Below, piece by piece: positions 1-10,308 of a DNA stretch of 64,000 nucleotides; positions within the stretch are counted from its first letter, which is position 1, and the number at the start of each line of letters is the position of its first letter. The translations under genes were made by a program, and so were the position numbers. The stretch comes from an uncultured Gammaproteobacteria bacterium (GTDB lineage: Bacteria > Patescibacteriota > Microgenomatia > Daviesbacterales > UBA10151), in assembly GCA_964523905.1 (NCBI GenBank), contig CAZFYQ010000001.1, positions 40,718-104,717 on the forward strand, in the 5' to 3' direction. The notes under the pieces are model-generated. The model was given only the letters and a program-made list of their open reading frames with translations. It made no database searches and was not told where the DNA came from.

Positions 1-284
1 ATTGCGGCTTTTTCTAATTGTCCCGATGATGCTATTGTTCCAGTAGCTACGACGGCAGCGCTGCCCTGTAAGAATCGTCTACGATTGAATCTTGATTGCT
101 TGTATGGTTTCAAAGAATCGGTTTGATTTGTTGAATCAGGCTCTTGGATATTTGTTGTAGGAGTTTCTCTACGGAATTTTGCCTTGATATTATTTAAAAA
201 TCCCCAACGGTCTGGTTTAGAAGTTGGATTATTTGTTGAAGTAACTTCTGGCCTAGGAGCATCAACTTGTATTGAATCAGCCAC
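1..284 (-). CDS. Hypothetical protein, partial (runs off window start), with internal twin-arginine-like motif
   Basis: Open frame from GTG at 284: MADSIQVDAPRPEV...FNRRRFLQGSAAVVATGTIAIG; TGaTATAAT lies 6 nt upstream; not in ORF track. Confidence 0.7.
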   Translation of the reverse strand, partial: MADSIQVDAPRPEVTSTNNPTSKPDRWGFLNNIKAKFRRETPTTNIQEPDSTNQTDSLKPYKQSRFNRRRFLQGSAAVVATGTIASSGQLEKAA

Positions 285-313
285 TTAAATATTATATCAT
301 TTTTACTCAGATC

Positions 314-1060
314 TTAAACCTGGATTTTGGAGAAGAGATAGCTGCCGATGGAAAGGGTAAGAACTGTTAATGCTCCCAAGATTGTTATGTCGGTTAGCAT
401 TCCAAAATGCGTAGTACCTATCAAGACCTCTCTTAAAGCATCAACCCCGTAAGATAGTGGGTCGGCTTCAGAAATAATTTTTAATATCCCCGGAGCTGAG
501 TTTAAAGGAAATAAAGAGCCGGATAAGAAAAAGAGTGGCATTACCAAAAAATTCATAATCAGTTGAAAGCCCTGAAAATCTTCTAAAGTAGAAGCAATAG
601 CGGTGCCAAGAGCGGTAAATAGAAGTGCCAGCAAAAACATGATCAGTAATGCTGGGATTAAGGCAATCCAACTATATGGCCGAAATCCGACCAGTAATGT
701 CAAGACAAAAACAATCACTCCCTGAAGCGTGGCAATAGTGGCGCCTCCCAAAGTTCTACCCAGCATAATTTCAAATCTACTAACAGGAGCTACCAAAGTT
801 TCTTTCAAAAAGCCAAATTGCCTATCCCAAATAAGTTCAATGCCGGAAAAAATGGCTGTAAACAAAATGCCTTGAGCAATTACCCCCGGCGCCAGAAAGT
901 CAATGTAATTTCCGCCACCGGCTTTTTGAAAAATCGGTCCAAAACCGAACCCTAAGGCTACTAAAAACAAAGCTGGTTGACCCAAAGAGCCAACAATTCT
1001 TGACCTGGATCTAATGTATCTTTTAAGTTGTCTAAGCCATAAAATATATACTGTACTCAT
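314..1060 (-). CDS. ABC-2 type exporter permease (DrrB-like)
   Basis: Six TM segments; DRQFGFLKETLVAPVSR and PLFFLSGSLFP motifs. Confidence 0.9.
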   Translation of the reverse strand: MSTVYILWLRQLKRYIRSRSRIVGSLGQPALFLVALGFGFGPIFQKAGGGNYIDFLAPGVIAQGILFTAIFSGIELIWDRQFGFLKETLVAPVSRFEIMLGRTLGGATIATLQGVIVFVLTLLVGFRPYSWIALIPALLIMFLLALLFTALGTAIASTLEDFQGFQLIMNFLVMPLFFLSGSLFPLNSAPGILKIISEADPLSYGVDALREVLIGTTHFGMLTDITILGALTVLTLSIGSYLFSKIQV

Positions 1061-1860
1061 CTTCTCCCTCCTCTAAACATTTTTGCATGTCTTCTCAGAT
1101 TGTCAGCTCCGCTGGCTTCTTCTTCACGAATTTGGCGGCCGGTTAAGTTTAAGAAAGCATCTTCAAGTGATGTGGTTTTTGTTTTGGTTTTTAATTCCTT
1201 GGGAGTACCCTGGGCAATAATTTTGCCATGATCAATTACTGCTACTTGCTCGGCTACCCGGTCTGCCTCTTCCATATAATGGGTGGTGAAAAAAACCGTA
1301 ATATCCTCTTTTTTATTTAAATCCAAAATATAATTCCAGATCTGGTTTCTAGTTTGTGGATCCAGCCCAATGGTTGGTTCATCCAGGAAAAAGATTTTCG
1401 GATGATGCAAAAGACCCCTGGCAATCTCCAGTCTTCTTTGCATACCACCGGAAAAAGTTTTGACTAAAGAATCTTTACGGTCCCACAGCTCCACGATTCT
1501 CAGTAGTTCCTCTATACGGTTTTTTCTGGTGGGTTGGGGGACTTTATAAAGTACGCCGTGGAATTCCATATTTTCGTAAGCAGTTAATTCAGCATCAAGG
1601 GAGGGATCCTGAAACACAATGCCAAAGGATTTTCTGGTTTGGTCTTGCTGGGTCACCGGATCAAAACCAAACACTTTAATTTCACCAGAAGTTGGATGAA
1701 GCAGGGTAGTTAACATTTTAATGGTGGTAGATTTGCCAGCACCATTAGGTCCCAGAAAAGCAAAGATCTGACCTTTTTGTACCTCAAAGCTAATATCATC
1801 AACAGCGACAAAGTCATTGAATTTTTTAACCAGGTTTTTAACACGTAGCGCTAAATCCAT
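1057..1860 (-). CDS. ABC exporter ATP-binding protein (DrrA-like)
   Basis: Walker A GPNGAGKS, signature FSGGM, Walker B FFLDEPT, TTHYMEEAD. Confidence 0.93.
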   Translation of the reverse strand: MDLALRVKNLVKKFNDFVAVDDISFEVQKGQIFAFLGPNGAGKSTTIKMLTTLLHPTSGEIKVFGFDPVTQQDQTRKSFGIVFQDPSLDAELTAYENMEFHGVLYKVPQPTRKNRIEELLRIVELWDRKDSLVKTFSGGMQRRLEIARGLLHHPKIFFLDEPTIGLDPQTRNQIWNYILDLNKKEDITVFFTTHYMEEADRVAEQVAVIDHGKIIAQGTPKELKTKTKTTSLEDAFLNLTGRQIREEEASGADNLRRHAKMFRGGRR

Positions 1861-1895
1861 TAAATTATTTTAGCAGGTTTTTAAAGAAAAATCCG

Positions 1896-1927
1896 TTCAG
1901 CTTCTTCTCAGATATCTACTATAAAGT
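1896..1927 (+). promoter_or_regulatory. Direct repeat TTCAG-N6-CTCAG plus -10 TAAAGT; candidate response-regulator-activated leaderless promoter
   Basis: Same motif and spacing recur at 8623 and 11905; -10 ends 6 nt before ATG 1934. Confidence 0.55.
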
Positions 1928-1933
1928 ACACTG

Positions 1934-3181
1934 ATGATGTGGCTGTTAAAAAATAAATTTAGGCTGGTGATTATTATCATTATCTTGGGTTTAGTAGGTT
2001 TTCTAGGATATAAAAACTATAATAGTGCTACTTCCAAGCCTCAATATCAAACCGAGCAAGCTCAAAAAGGCAGTTTAATCCAATCGGTTTCTGCCTCTGG
2101 TAATATTACGACAGCTAATAATGTTTCTGTTACCATCCAGGCCTCGGGCGCAGTTAATCAAGTATTTGTTAAAAATGGTGATCCAGTAACCCAAGGGCAG
2201 ACTTTAGCGACTTTAACTTTAGACCAGGCGTCCCAGCAAAAACAAGCAGCTGCCTATGCTTCTTACTTATCAGCTAAAAATGCCTTAGATAATGCTAATG
2301 CCAAATATAATTCTTTGCAAAATACTTTATTCGTGGCCAATCAGAAATTAATTAATGATGCAGTGGCCCGTGGTTTAACTACCACTGACCCAACTTATAT
2401 AGAAGAAAATGCTACCTGGTTGCAGTCAGAAGCAGATTATAAAAATCAGGCAACCGCAGTTTCTGCTGCGCAATCTTCTTTGGCAGCGGCCTCCTTAAAT
2501 CTTTCCCAGCTATCAACTACTATTACTGCTCCGGTTTCCGGAATTGTAAAAGGATTAACTATTACACCTGGTGCGATTGTGACTGTCACATCCTCATCTA
2601 ATAATTCTACCTCCACCTCCCAGGTTTTAGGATCGATTTATCAGCAAGGACCGCTGCAAGCTCAGGTTAATATTTCGGAAATTGATTCGGTTAATGTGGC
2701 CGAAGGAGATAAAGTTACCATGACCTTGGATGCTTTTCCAAATAGCACCTTCACTGGAAAAGTGGCCAGTATTAATACTAATGGAGTGGTTTCATCAGGA
2801 GTTACCACTTATCCGGCAGTAATTACTTTTGATGCCGGTAATGATCATATTTATCCGAATATGGCAGTTAGTGCCAAGATTATTACTAAAATTAAAAACG
2901 ACGTAGTTTTGGTGCCATCCGCAGCAGTGCAATCAGGTGCTAATGGTTCAACTGTTAGGGTAATGAAAAATGGCAAGGTTACCAGTGTGCCGGTGACTGT
3001 TGGGGACGCCAATGATACTCAAACTGAAATTACCTCAGGTATTAATGAGGGTGATGTGGTGGTAACTGGTGTTACTCAAACTAGAGCTACATCTTCGCAA
3101 ACTACTTCTCCATTCGGAGCAACCAGAGGTTTTGGTGGATTTGGCGGAGGCGGCGGTGGAGGTCGAGGTGGAGGAGGTTAA
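1934..3181 (+). CDS. Efflux membrane fusion protein (MacA/HlyD family)
   Basis: N-terminal TM, lipoyl half-motifs (SGAVNQVFVKNGDPVTQGQ, TITAPVSGIV), coiled-coil hairpin, Gly-rich tail. Confidence 0.88.
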   Translation: MMWLLKNKFRLVIIIIILGLVGFLGYKNYNSATSKPQYQTEQAQKGSLIQSVSASGNITTANNVSVTIQASGAVNQVFVKNGDPVTQGQTLATLTLDQASQQKQAAAYASYLSAKNALDNANAKYNSLQNTLFVANQKLINDAVARGLTTTDPTYIEENATWLQSEADYKNQATAVSAAQSSLAAASLNLSQLSTTITAPVSGIVKGLTITPGAIVTVTSSSNNSTSTSQVLGSIYQQGPLQAQVNISEIDSVNVAEGDKVTMTLDAFPNSTFTGKVASINTNGVVSSGVTTYPAVITFDAGNDHIYPNMAVSAKIITKIKNDVVLVPSAAVQSGANGSTVRVMKNGKVTSVPVTVGDANDTQTEITSGINEGDVVVTGVTQTRATSSQTTSPFGATRGFGGFGGGGGGGRGGGG

Positions 3182-3856
3182 GTGAATATTATCCATGTTT
3201 CACACTTATCAAAAATTTATAACACCGGCTCTGTTGAAACAAAAGCCTTAGATAATGTGTCTTTTGATATTAAAAAAGGTGATTTTGTGGCGATTATGGG
3301 TCCTTCCGGATCTGGTAAATCGACCTTAATGCATCTTTTGGGAGCACTTGATACTCCCACCAAAGGGGAATATTTATTAGACGGAGAAGAGGTATCTAAA
3401 TTATCCGATGATCAACTGGCTGATATTAGAAACCGCAAAATTGGTTTTGTATTCCAGGCCTTTAATTTGTTACCGCGGTGCAGCGCTTTGCAAAATGTGA
3501 TGTTGCCAATGGCTTATGCCGGAGTGCCCAAGCTGGAAAGGCAGCAGCAGGCCAAAAAATATCTCACTATGGTGGGACTGGGTGATCGGATGGATCACAC
3601 GTCAAATCAGCTTTCTGGAGGTCAAATGCAAAGAGTGGCCATTGCCCGGGCTTTGGTGATGAACCCGGCGATGATTTTGGCAGATGAACCAACTGGTAAT
3701 ATTGCCTCTATTCAGGCAGAAGAAGTGATGGAGATTTTTCAAAAACTTAATGAAGAAGGACACACTATTGTGATGATTACTCATGAGCCGGATATTGCCG
3801 AACATGCCAAAAGAATTATTCATATTAAGGATGGGAGAATATATGGAATACGCTGA
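3182..3856 (+). CDS. ABC ATP-binding protein (MacB/LolD family)
   Basis: GPSGSGKS, LSGGQMQRVAIARAL, ILADEPTGN. Confidence 0.93.
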   Translation: MNIIHVSHLSKIYNTGSVETKALDNVSFDIKKGDFVAIMGPSGSGKSTLMHLLGALDTPTKGEYLLDGEEVSKLSDDQLADIRNRKIGFVFQAFNLLPRCSALQNVMLPMAYAGVPKLERQQQAKKYLTMVGLGDRMDHTSNQLSGGQMQRVAIARALVMNPAMILADEPTGNIASIQAEEVMEIFQKLNEEGHTIVMITHEPDIAEHAKRIIHIKDGRIYGIR

Positions 3857-5063
3857 AGTGATTGCAGAAGCTTTTGATAATATGTTTATTAACAAGCTGC
3901 GTACCGGCTTGGCTGCTTTAGGCATTGTTATTGGAATCGGATCAGTGATAGCTTTGATCTCTTTAGGTCAGGCGACGCAGCAATCAGTACAGGATCGGAT
4001 CCAGGCTTTAGGGGCTAATTTATTAACAGTTAATCCGGGGGCACAAAGAACAGGGGCTGTTAGGGGAGCCGCCGGGGGGAACACGACTTTAACTTTGGAT
4101 GATGCAAATGCCATTAAAACCTCACCTACTGTCACTACTGTTTCCAATGTTTCTCCTGAATTTTCCAGAAGAACCCAGGTAGTAACCGGGGGAGCAAACA
4201 CCAATACTCAGGTGATTGGAGTTACTCCAGTTTACACTGAGGTACATAAAGTTACTCTGGACTCCGGTGCTTTTATCACTGACCGCGATGTTTTAGGGGT
4301 ATCCAAAGTAGCAGTGGTTGGTCCGCAGGTGGTAACTGATTTATTTAATGGAGTAAGTCCAATTGGACAAAGTCTTCGAATAACTGGACAAACCTTTACT
4401 ATCATTGGGGTAACTCAGTCAAAAGGAGGAACTGGTTTTGGCAATCAGGATGATGTTATTTATGTGCCTCTATCAACCGCTCAAAAACAATTATTCGGAG
4501 TAGATTATTTATCCTCAATTGCGCTGGAAGCTAAAAGCCCGGACGTGATGACTGATGCCCAAAATCAGGTGGGGTATTTACTACTTGGTCGTCACAAACT
4601 ATCTGATCCATCGCAAGCTGATTTTTCGATTTTTTCCCAACAGGATATTTTAAACACTGCCTCAGCTACCACCGGAACTTTTACGTCACTGTTGTCTGGT
4701 ATTGCCGCAATATCACTTCTGGTTGGAGGAATTGGCATTATGAATATCATGTTGGTAACAGTAACCGAGCGAACCAGAGAGATTGGACTTCGTAAAGCCT
4801 TGGGCGCTAAGAAGAAAATTATTATTACCCAGTTTTTAATTGAGGCGGTGATTTTAACTTTTACAGGCGGAATTGTGGGAATGGTGTTAGGGGTACTAAC
4901 CTCGTATATTATTGCTACTTTGACTCAAGCGCCGTTTATTATCTCTATCCAGGCCATTGTATTAGCCATTGGGGTGTCTGCGGGTATTGGAATTTTATTT
5001 GGTTGGTACCCGGCTAAAAGAGCCTCTGATTTACAACCAATTGAAGCACTGAGATATGAATAA
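3843..5063 (+). CDS. MacB/FtsX-family ABC permease
   Basis: LGIVIGIGSVI, GGIGIMNIMLVTVTERTREIGLRKALGA, PIEALRYE; start moved to ATG 3843. Confidence 0.92.
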   Translation: MEYAEVIAEAFDNMFINKLRTGLAALGIVIGIGSVIALISLGQATQQSVQDRIQALGANLLTVNPGAQRTGAVRGAAGGNTTLTLDDANAIKTSPTVTTVSNVSPEFSRRTQVVTGGANTNTQVIGVTPVYTEVHKVTLDSGAFITDRDVLGVSKVAVVGPQVVTDLFNGVSPIGQSLRITGQTFTIIGVTQSKGGTGFGNQDDVIYVPLSTAQKQLFGVDYLSSIALEAKSPDVMTDAQNQVGYLLLGRHKLSDPSQADFSIFSQQDILNTASATTGTFTSLLSGIAAISLLVGGIGIMNIMLVTVTERTREIGLRKALGAKKKIIITQFLIEAVILTFTGGIVGMVLGVLTSYIIATLTQAPFIISIQAIVLAIGVSAGIGILFGWYPAKRASDLQPIEALRYE

Positions 5064-5087
5064 GTGTTTAGAAAGGGGGTGACTAAA

Positions 5088-5510
5088 TTGAAAAATAATC
5101 CAATTTTAATAACAGTGGTAGTAGCTGTTATTGTAGGAGCAGTGGCATTTTTTGGCGGTATGCAATATCAAAAAATGCAACGAGCTTACTTGGCTGGCGG
5201 AACCGCTGGTAGAGCCGGTCGTTTTGGCCAAGCCGGAGCTAATGGTAATTTTAGACCAGTCAGAGGAGAAATTATTGCCTCTGATGACAAAAGTATTACT
5301 GTTAAATTAATGGACGGCTCCAGCAAAATAGTATTACTGTCGGGTAATGTAGCTATTACTGAAGCAACCAGTGCTGGGAAGACCGCCTTAGTTAATGGAA
5401 AGCAGGTGATGGTGTTTGGAGCAGCTAATCCAGATGGATCAGTTACCGCCCAAAATATCCAGTTAAACCCAACCATGGGTCGGCCAGGAGCTGGACAAGG
5501 AGGAAACTAG
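5088..5510 (+). CDS. Membrane-anchored OB-fold-like accessory protein (DUF5666-like)
   Basis: TM ending FFGGMQY, Gly-rich linker, beta-rich domain ending DGSVTAQNIQ; SD AAAGGGGG before TTG 5088. Confidence 0.65.
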   Translation: MKNNPILITVVVAVIVGAVAFFGGMQYQKMQRAYLAGGTAGRAGRFGQAGANGNFRPVRGEIIASDDKSITVKLMDGSSKIVLLSGNVAITEATSAGKTALVNGKQVMVFGAANPDGSVTAQNIQLNPTMGRPGAGQGGN

Positions 5511-6055
5511 GGTTTTTGATATTCTGGTTTAACATCTGCAGAGAATTCTCTCAAAAGTTTTTGAATTTTGGGATCAATTACCACCGGGCAATATGAATTG
5601 GACTCTTTGTTCCGTTCATAATAGTCCTGGTGGTAACCCTCTGCTTTGTAAAATTTAGTAAAAGGTTCTAGTTTAGTGACAATTTGGCTTTTCAGTTTGC
5701 CCAAGGCTTGTAGATCTTTCATAGATTTCTCGGCAACCTGCTTCTGTTTTTCGTCATGATAAAAAATAGCTGAACGATACTGTGTACCAAAATCATTACC
5801 TTGTTGATTTAAAGTTGTTGGGTCATGAGTAGCCCAAAAAACCTCCAGGATTTTATCAAAGGAGATAACTTTGGGGTTAAATTCAATCTGAATCGCTTCG
5901 GCATGGCCACTGCCTCCGGAACTGACTTCTTCATAAGTGGGATTTTCAGTTAGCCCTCCGGTATATCCCGACATCACTGATTCCACCCCTTTAAGTCTTT
6001 TAAAAATCGCCTCAGTACACCAAAAACATCCTCCAGCCAACGTTGCAGTTTCCAT
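5507..6055 (-). CDS. msrA: Peptide-methionine (S)-S-oxide reductase
   Basis: GGCFWC, GHAEAI, QGNDFGTQYRSAIF, AEGYHQDYY. Confidence 0.96.
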   Translation of the reverse strand: METATLAGGCFWCTEAIFKRLKGVESVMSGYTGGLTENPTYEEVSSGGSGHAEAIQIEFNPKVISFDKILEVFWATHDPTTLNQQGNDFGTQYRSAIFYHDEKQKQVAEKSMKDLQALGKLKSQIVTKLEPFTKFYKAEGYHQDYYERNKESNSYCPVVIDPKIQKLLREFSADVKPEYQKP

Positions 6056-6102
6056 TCCTTACCAATTTATCATAGAAATAGTTTAAAATAAAGTTATCAC
6101 TG

Positions 6103-7332
6103 ATGGATATAAAAGATGCGGTTTTACAGTTAATGCAGAAAAATAGAAGAATACATCAGGGATTTCAATACACTGTGCCTTCTCCCCAAACTTATCCTTA
6201 TCAGTGGTTATGGGATAGCTGTTTTCATGCCATTATTTTAACTCATTTTAATATTGAAGATGCTAAAAAAGAATTGCTTTCTGCAGTTTCCAAACAATTT
6301 AATAATGGCATGATTCCGCACATGCTTTATTGGGATAAAAATTCTAAAAATGATTTTCCGGTTATTGAATGGGGTAAACCTGACACCAGTACCATTACCC
6401 AGCCGCCCCTAATTGCTTATGCAGCTTGGCGAATTTACCAAATTGATAAAGACAAAAAGTTTTTGGCTCAAATTTATCCTTTTTTAAAAAAATATCATCA
6501 GTTTTTAATTGCAGAAAGAAGACCAAGACGCAGTTACTTGTACGGAATTATTAATCCGGATGAATCAGGAGAAGACAATTCCCCCCGCTTTGACAGGTTG
6601 CTGGGTTTGTCAGCGGTGCAGTCATTGGATGTAAATTTTAGCAAGAGAATGCTCTTGATAGAAAAACAAAAACAGATTGAATTTGAAGGCCCGGAAAGTA
6701 TGAAAGACTTCTTTTGGATCAAAGACGTGCCGTTTAATGTTATCGCAATTAATGGTTTGGAACATTTAAGTCTGATTGCCAGGGAACTTAGTCTTTTGTC
6801 AGAGTCAGAGTATTTTCAAAATCAGGCTAATTTAACTAAAGTATCAATGAGAGAGTTAATGTTTGAAGATGGAATCTTTTGGTCGGTATATGGTGAAGAT
6901 TACCAAAAAATCAAAGTCAAAACCTGGGCCATATTTGTGCCGATGTTTGCCAAATTATATACAGACAAAGAAGTAAAACATTTGGTAGACAGTTTATTGT
7001 TAAACAAAAATAGTTTTTACCCAAAGTATTTAGTCCCCACAGTGGGGAAGGATGAAGCCTCTTATGATCCTGATGGTCCAATTCGGGGAGTGGCAGCGAT
7101 GCTATCAACACATCTGTCCTGGAGAGGACCGGTATGGATGGGGGTAAATTGGTTTGTTTATCAGGGATTAATTAATTACGGATATCATGATTTGGCCAAG
7201 AAAATTTATCAGGACTCTTTAACTTTAATAGATAGATCAGGATTTAGGGAATTATATAATCCGGAAACCGGGGAAGGGATGGGGGCCCAAGATTTTACCT
7301 GGGGAGGGTTAGTCTTAGATATGGTATCTTAA
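6103..7332 (+). CDS. (alpha/alpha)6 glycoside hydrolase, GH63/MGH1-like
   Basis: YPYQWLWDSCF, TQPP, ESGEDNSPRFD, WRGPVW, FRELYNP...FTW. Confidence 0.85.
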   Translation: MDIKDAVLQLMQKNRRIHQGFQYTVPSPQTYPYQWLWDSCFHAIILTHFNIEDAKKELLSAVSKQFNNGMIPHMLYWDKNSKNDFPVIEWGKPDTSTITQPPLIAYAAWRIYQIDKDKKFLAQIYPFLKKYHQFLIAERRPRRSYLYGIINPDESGEDNSPRFDRLLGLSAVQSLDVNFSKRMLLIEKQKQIEFEGPESMKDFFWIKDVPFNVIAINGLEHLSLIARELSLLSESEYFQNQANLTKVSMRELMFEDGIFWSVYGEDYQKIKVKTWAIFVPMFAKLYTDKEVKHLVDSLLLNKNSFYPKYLVPTVGKDEASYDPDGPIRGVAAMLSTHLSWRGPVWMGVNWFVYQGLINYGYHDLAKKIYQDSLTLIDRSGFRELYNPETGEGMGAQDFTWGGLVLDMVS

Positions 7333-7336
7333 ACTT

Positions 7337-8239
7337 ATGGCAGTATCTGCAAAACAAGTAGTGGTGACATCATTTCTGGTAGATTTGTTAGATTTAACCT
7401 CCAGTGTGGTGGTGGCTTTTATTTCCGGCAGTGTGGTAATGGTAGCGCAAACTTTGGAAGGAGCTGCGGATTTAGTTTCTTCCGGGATGTTAATTTTTGG
7501 ATTAAATCGGTCTTTAAGACATCCAGATAAAAATCATCCCTTTGGACATGGCCGAGAATTGTATTTTTGGACTTTAATTTCAGCTTTATTTACTTTTTCA
7601 GTCAGCGCCACCCTATCCTTTTATTTTGGTTGGCAAAGATTTTTAAATCCCAGTCCGGTTAGTAATATTCTCTGGGCAAATTTGGTACTAATCTTAACTG
7701 TCGCTACTAACGGTTATGCTCTTTTTTTAAGTATGCATCGGCTAGCTAGAAAAAAACACCAGCATTTAGCCCAAGTCTTTTTTAATTCTGATCTAATTGA
7801 AACCCGAGCCACTTTTATGTTGGATTTAATGGGTACTTTTGCTTCAATATTGGGTTTAGTAGCTCTACTCATTTATGCTTTCACAGGAGATATGCGCTTT
7901 GATGGAATTGGAGCCATGGCAATTGGGGTGACTTTGTCTTTAATGGCTTTTTTCTTAATTATTGGGGTCAGGGATTTACTGGTAGGGAAAAGTGCTGCCA
8001 AAGAAACTGAGGATAAAATAAAGCAAGCAGCGTTGTCTATAGAAGCAGTTAAAACTGTGACCAGACTTAGGACTAATCATATTGGGCCGGATCAGTTGCT
8101 GGTGGAACTTAGTATTTCAGTGAGAAGGGATTTAATTACCGGACAGATTGAAAAAATTATCAGTGAGGTAAAGCAAAAAATTAAAAGCCGGGTTAAAGAG
8201 GCCGAATTTATTCAAATTGAACTAAGGCAAAGCGATTGA
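7337..8239 (+). CDS. Cation diffusion facilitator transporter
   Basis: HPDKNHPFGHGRELYFW, TM bundle, C-terminal dimerisation domain. Confidence 0.88.
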   Translation: MAVSAKQVVVTSFLVDLLDLTSSVVVAFISGSVVMVAQTLEGAADLVSSGMLIFGLNRSLRHPDKNHPFGHGRELYFWTLISALFTFSVSATLSFYFGWQRFLNPSPVSNILWANLVLILTVATNGYALFLSMHRLARKKHQHLAQVFFNSDLIETRATFMLDLMGTFASILGLVALLIYAFTGDMRFDGIGAMAIGVTLSLMAFFLIIGVRDLLVGKSAAKETEDKIKQAALSIEAVKTVTRLRTNHIGPDQLLVELSISVRRDLITGQIEKIISEVKQKIKSRVKEAEFIQIELRQSD

Positions 8240-8270
8240 CAGAGGCTGGCAAATTTGCTACTTTAAACTC

Positions 8271-8615
8271 ATGGAAAAATCCGTCCAAAAACTTAATTTT
8301 TTTACCAGCGCATTCTTAGGGATAATGGGATTTTCTTTAATCGGGGAATTGTTTATGGAAGATGACTGGATGGATAAGATTGATGATGGGATGTTTCTAA
8401 TTTTAGGAATTGCCGCGATCTTTTGGTATAAATCCAATGCTCTTAAAAAATCTATGGCGCCAATTATTTTAGTATTAATTGGGGTAGCGATAAAAATCTT
8501 TGCTATTTTTGTAGAAATCAAAGATAAAGAAGCAGTCGGTGATGATTTTGGAATTTTGTCAGCGTTGTTAATTACTTTGGTAGTTGTAATTTATCAATAT
8601 AGAAAACTCAAATAA
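8271..8615 (+). CDS. Small four-TM membrane protein
   Basis: Hydrophobic helices with acidic DKIDD and GDD motifs. Confidence 0.7.
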   Translation: MEKSVQKLNFFTSAFLGIMGFSLIGELFMEDDWMDKIDDGMFLILGIAAIFWYKSNALKKSMAPIILVLIGVAIKIFAIFVEIKDKEAVGDDFGILSALLITLVVVIYQYRKLK

Positions 8616-8622
8616 TTTTCCT

Positions 8623-8655
8623 TTCAGCTTTTTCTCAGACAATAATCGTTAGAAT
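8623..8655 (+). promoter_or_regulatory. Direct repeat TTCAG-N6-CTCAG plus -10 TAGAAT
   Basis: Second copy of the motif; 11 nt to the -10. Confidence 0.55.
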
Positions 8656-8675
8656 TAAACTATTAGTTTTTCCCC

Positions 8676-8957
8676 ATGACAAACTTACACAAATATATTA
8701 AGATGTTGGGTATGGCAAAAAAGTCTAAGGCAATTGAACTTGTTTTACTAAGCCTAATTTTTAGCTCCTTATTTACTGACAACACCAAGGCCTACCTTGA
8801 TCCCGGATCCAGCAGCTATTTGTTACAAATTTTACTGGCTGGATTTTTTAGTGTCTTACTAGCAATTAAAACCTTTTGGAAAAGGATCACTTTGTTAATG
8901 CAACAATTATTTGGATCTAAGGATAAGGCTAATGATGAAAAATCCAAAGCTCAGTAA
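8676..8957 (+). CDS. Small membrane protein with AYLDPGSSS motif
   Basis: Signal-like helix, KA-YLDPGSSSYLLQ, TM, basic tail; true start may be ATG 8712. Confidence 0.75.
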   Translation: MTNLHKYIKMLGMAKKSKAIELVLLSLIFSSLFTDNTKAYLDPGSSSYLLQILLAGFFSVLLAIKTFWKRITLLMQQLFGSKDKANDEKSKAQ

Positions 8958-10308
8958 TCTTCACCCAGCTTCTTTTCGTGACAGCGACGGCTTTGTTTTT
9001 ACATCCCTTGGTATAATACTTCGTCAAGTTAATAACTCTTATAAAGAAAACTACGATTTATTAATGTCTTCTGGCTTATACAATAAATTGGTTGATAAGG
9101 GTTTATTAATTGCTCATCAAGAAGTCGGTCTAAACTTGGCTATCGATAAAGATGCATACAAAGTTATCCAGCCTCAGCAATTAGATTTTATTTCTTACCC
9201 CTATGAATGGTGTTTTAGTCAGCTCAAAGAAGCGGCTTTACTGACTTTGAAATTGCAGCTAATTGCTTTGGAGCACGGCATGAGTTTAAAAGATGCCTCA
9301 AGTTTTAATATTCAATTTGTGAATGGAAAACCAATCCTAATTGATTCTTTATCATTTGAGAAATTTGACGAAAAGCCTTGGGTGGCTTACCGCCAATTTT
9401 GTCAGCATTTTTTAAACCCCTTAATATTAATGAGTAAAATTGATCCGGGATTAAACAGATTACTATCAATTTATTTGGATGGAATTCCAGCTGAATTGAC
9501 AGCCAAATTATTACCGTTTTGGTATAAGTTAAATCCCAATATTTTTATCCATGTCCAATTACATTCAAAAGTAAAAAGCAAAGCAACTACTGGAAAAAAA
9601 CCAATTGCTTTTAGCAAAAATTCCTTGATTGGATTAATCGGTAGTTTAGAATCTGCGATTACCGGACTCAAACTAAGGCAGATGAAATCTTTTTGGAGTG
9701 GTTATATACCGGCTGACGATTCTTATACTAAAAGCGCTTTTAAAAATAAAGAGAATTTCGTCAAAAACTTTTTTGAACAAACTAGGGCGAATACAGTTTG
9801 GGATCTTGGTTCTAACACTGGTCATTTCAGTCGGTTGGTTGCAGGTAAAGATTCTAATATCGTGTCCTTTGATTTTGATCCTGTTTCTGTTGAGAGAAAT
9901 TATCAACTTTCAAAAAAATATAGTAATATTTTGCCTTTGGTGATGGACCTGACTAATCCTACCCCGGATTTAGGTTGGGCAAATCAGGAGCGTAGTTCAA
10001 TTTTAAAAAGAGGGCCGGTTGATTTAATTATGGCTTTGGCTTTAATTCATCATCTCTGCATTGGGGCTAATGTGCCGTTGGATAAAGTAGCCAAATTATT
10101 TTCCGATCTGACTCAGTATTTAATAATCGAGTTTGTACCAAAAGATGATCCACAGATCAAAGAAATGTTACTATTAAGAAAGGATAAATTTCTTGATTAT
10201 TCCCAGGTAAATTTTGAAAAAATATTTTCCAAATATTTCAAGATAACTAAAGTTAAAGAAATACCTGGAAGTTTGCGAACGTTATATTTAATGAAAACTC
10301 ATGAGTAA
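8932..10308 (+). CDS. NoeA-like protein: kinase-like N-terminal domain plus class I SAM methyltransferase
   Basis: SFRD, SYPYEW, LKDASSFNIQF..PILID; VWDLGSNTGHFS; LALIHHL; IIEFVPKDD. Confidence 0.8.
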   Translation: MMKNPKLSNLHPASFRDSDGFVFTSLGIILRQVNNSYKENYDLLMSSGLYNKLVDKGLLIAHQEVGLNLAIDKDAYKVIQPQQLDFISYPYEWCFSQLKEAALLTLKLQLIALEHGMSLKDASSFNIQFVNGKPILIDSLSFEKFDEKPWVAYRQFCQHFLNPLILMSKIDPGLNRLLSIYLDGIPAELTAKLLPFWYKLNPNIFIHVQLHSKVKSKATTGKKPIAFSKNSLIGLIGSLESAITGLKLRQMKSFWSGYIPADDSYTKSAFKNKENFVKNFFEQTRANTVWDLGSNTGHFSRLVAGKDSNIVSFDFDPVSVERNYQLSKKYSNILPLVMDLTNPTPDLGWANQERSSILKRGPVDLIMALALIHHLCIGANVPLDKVAKLFSDLTQYLIIEFVPKDDPQIKEMLLLRKDKFLDYSQVNFEKIFSKYFKITKVKEIPGSLRTLYLMKTHE

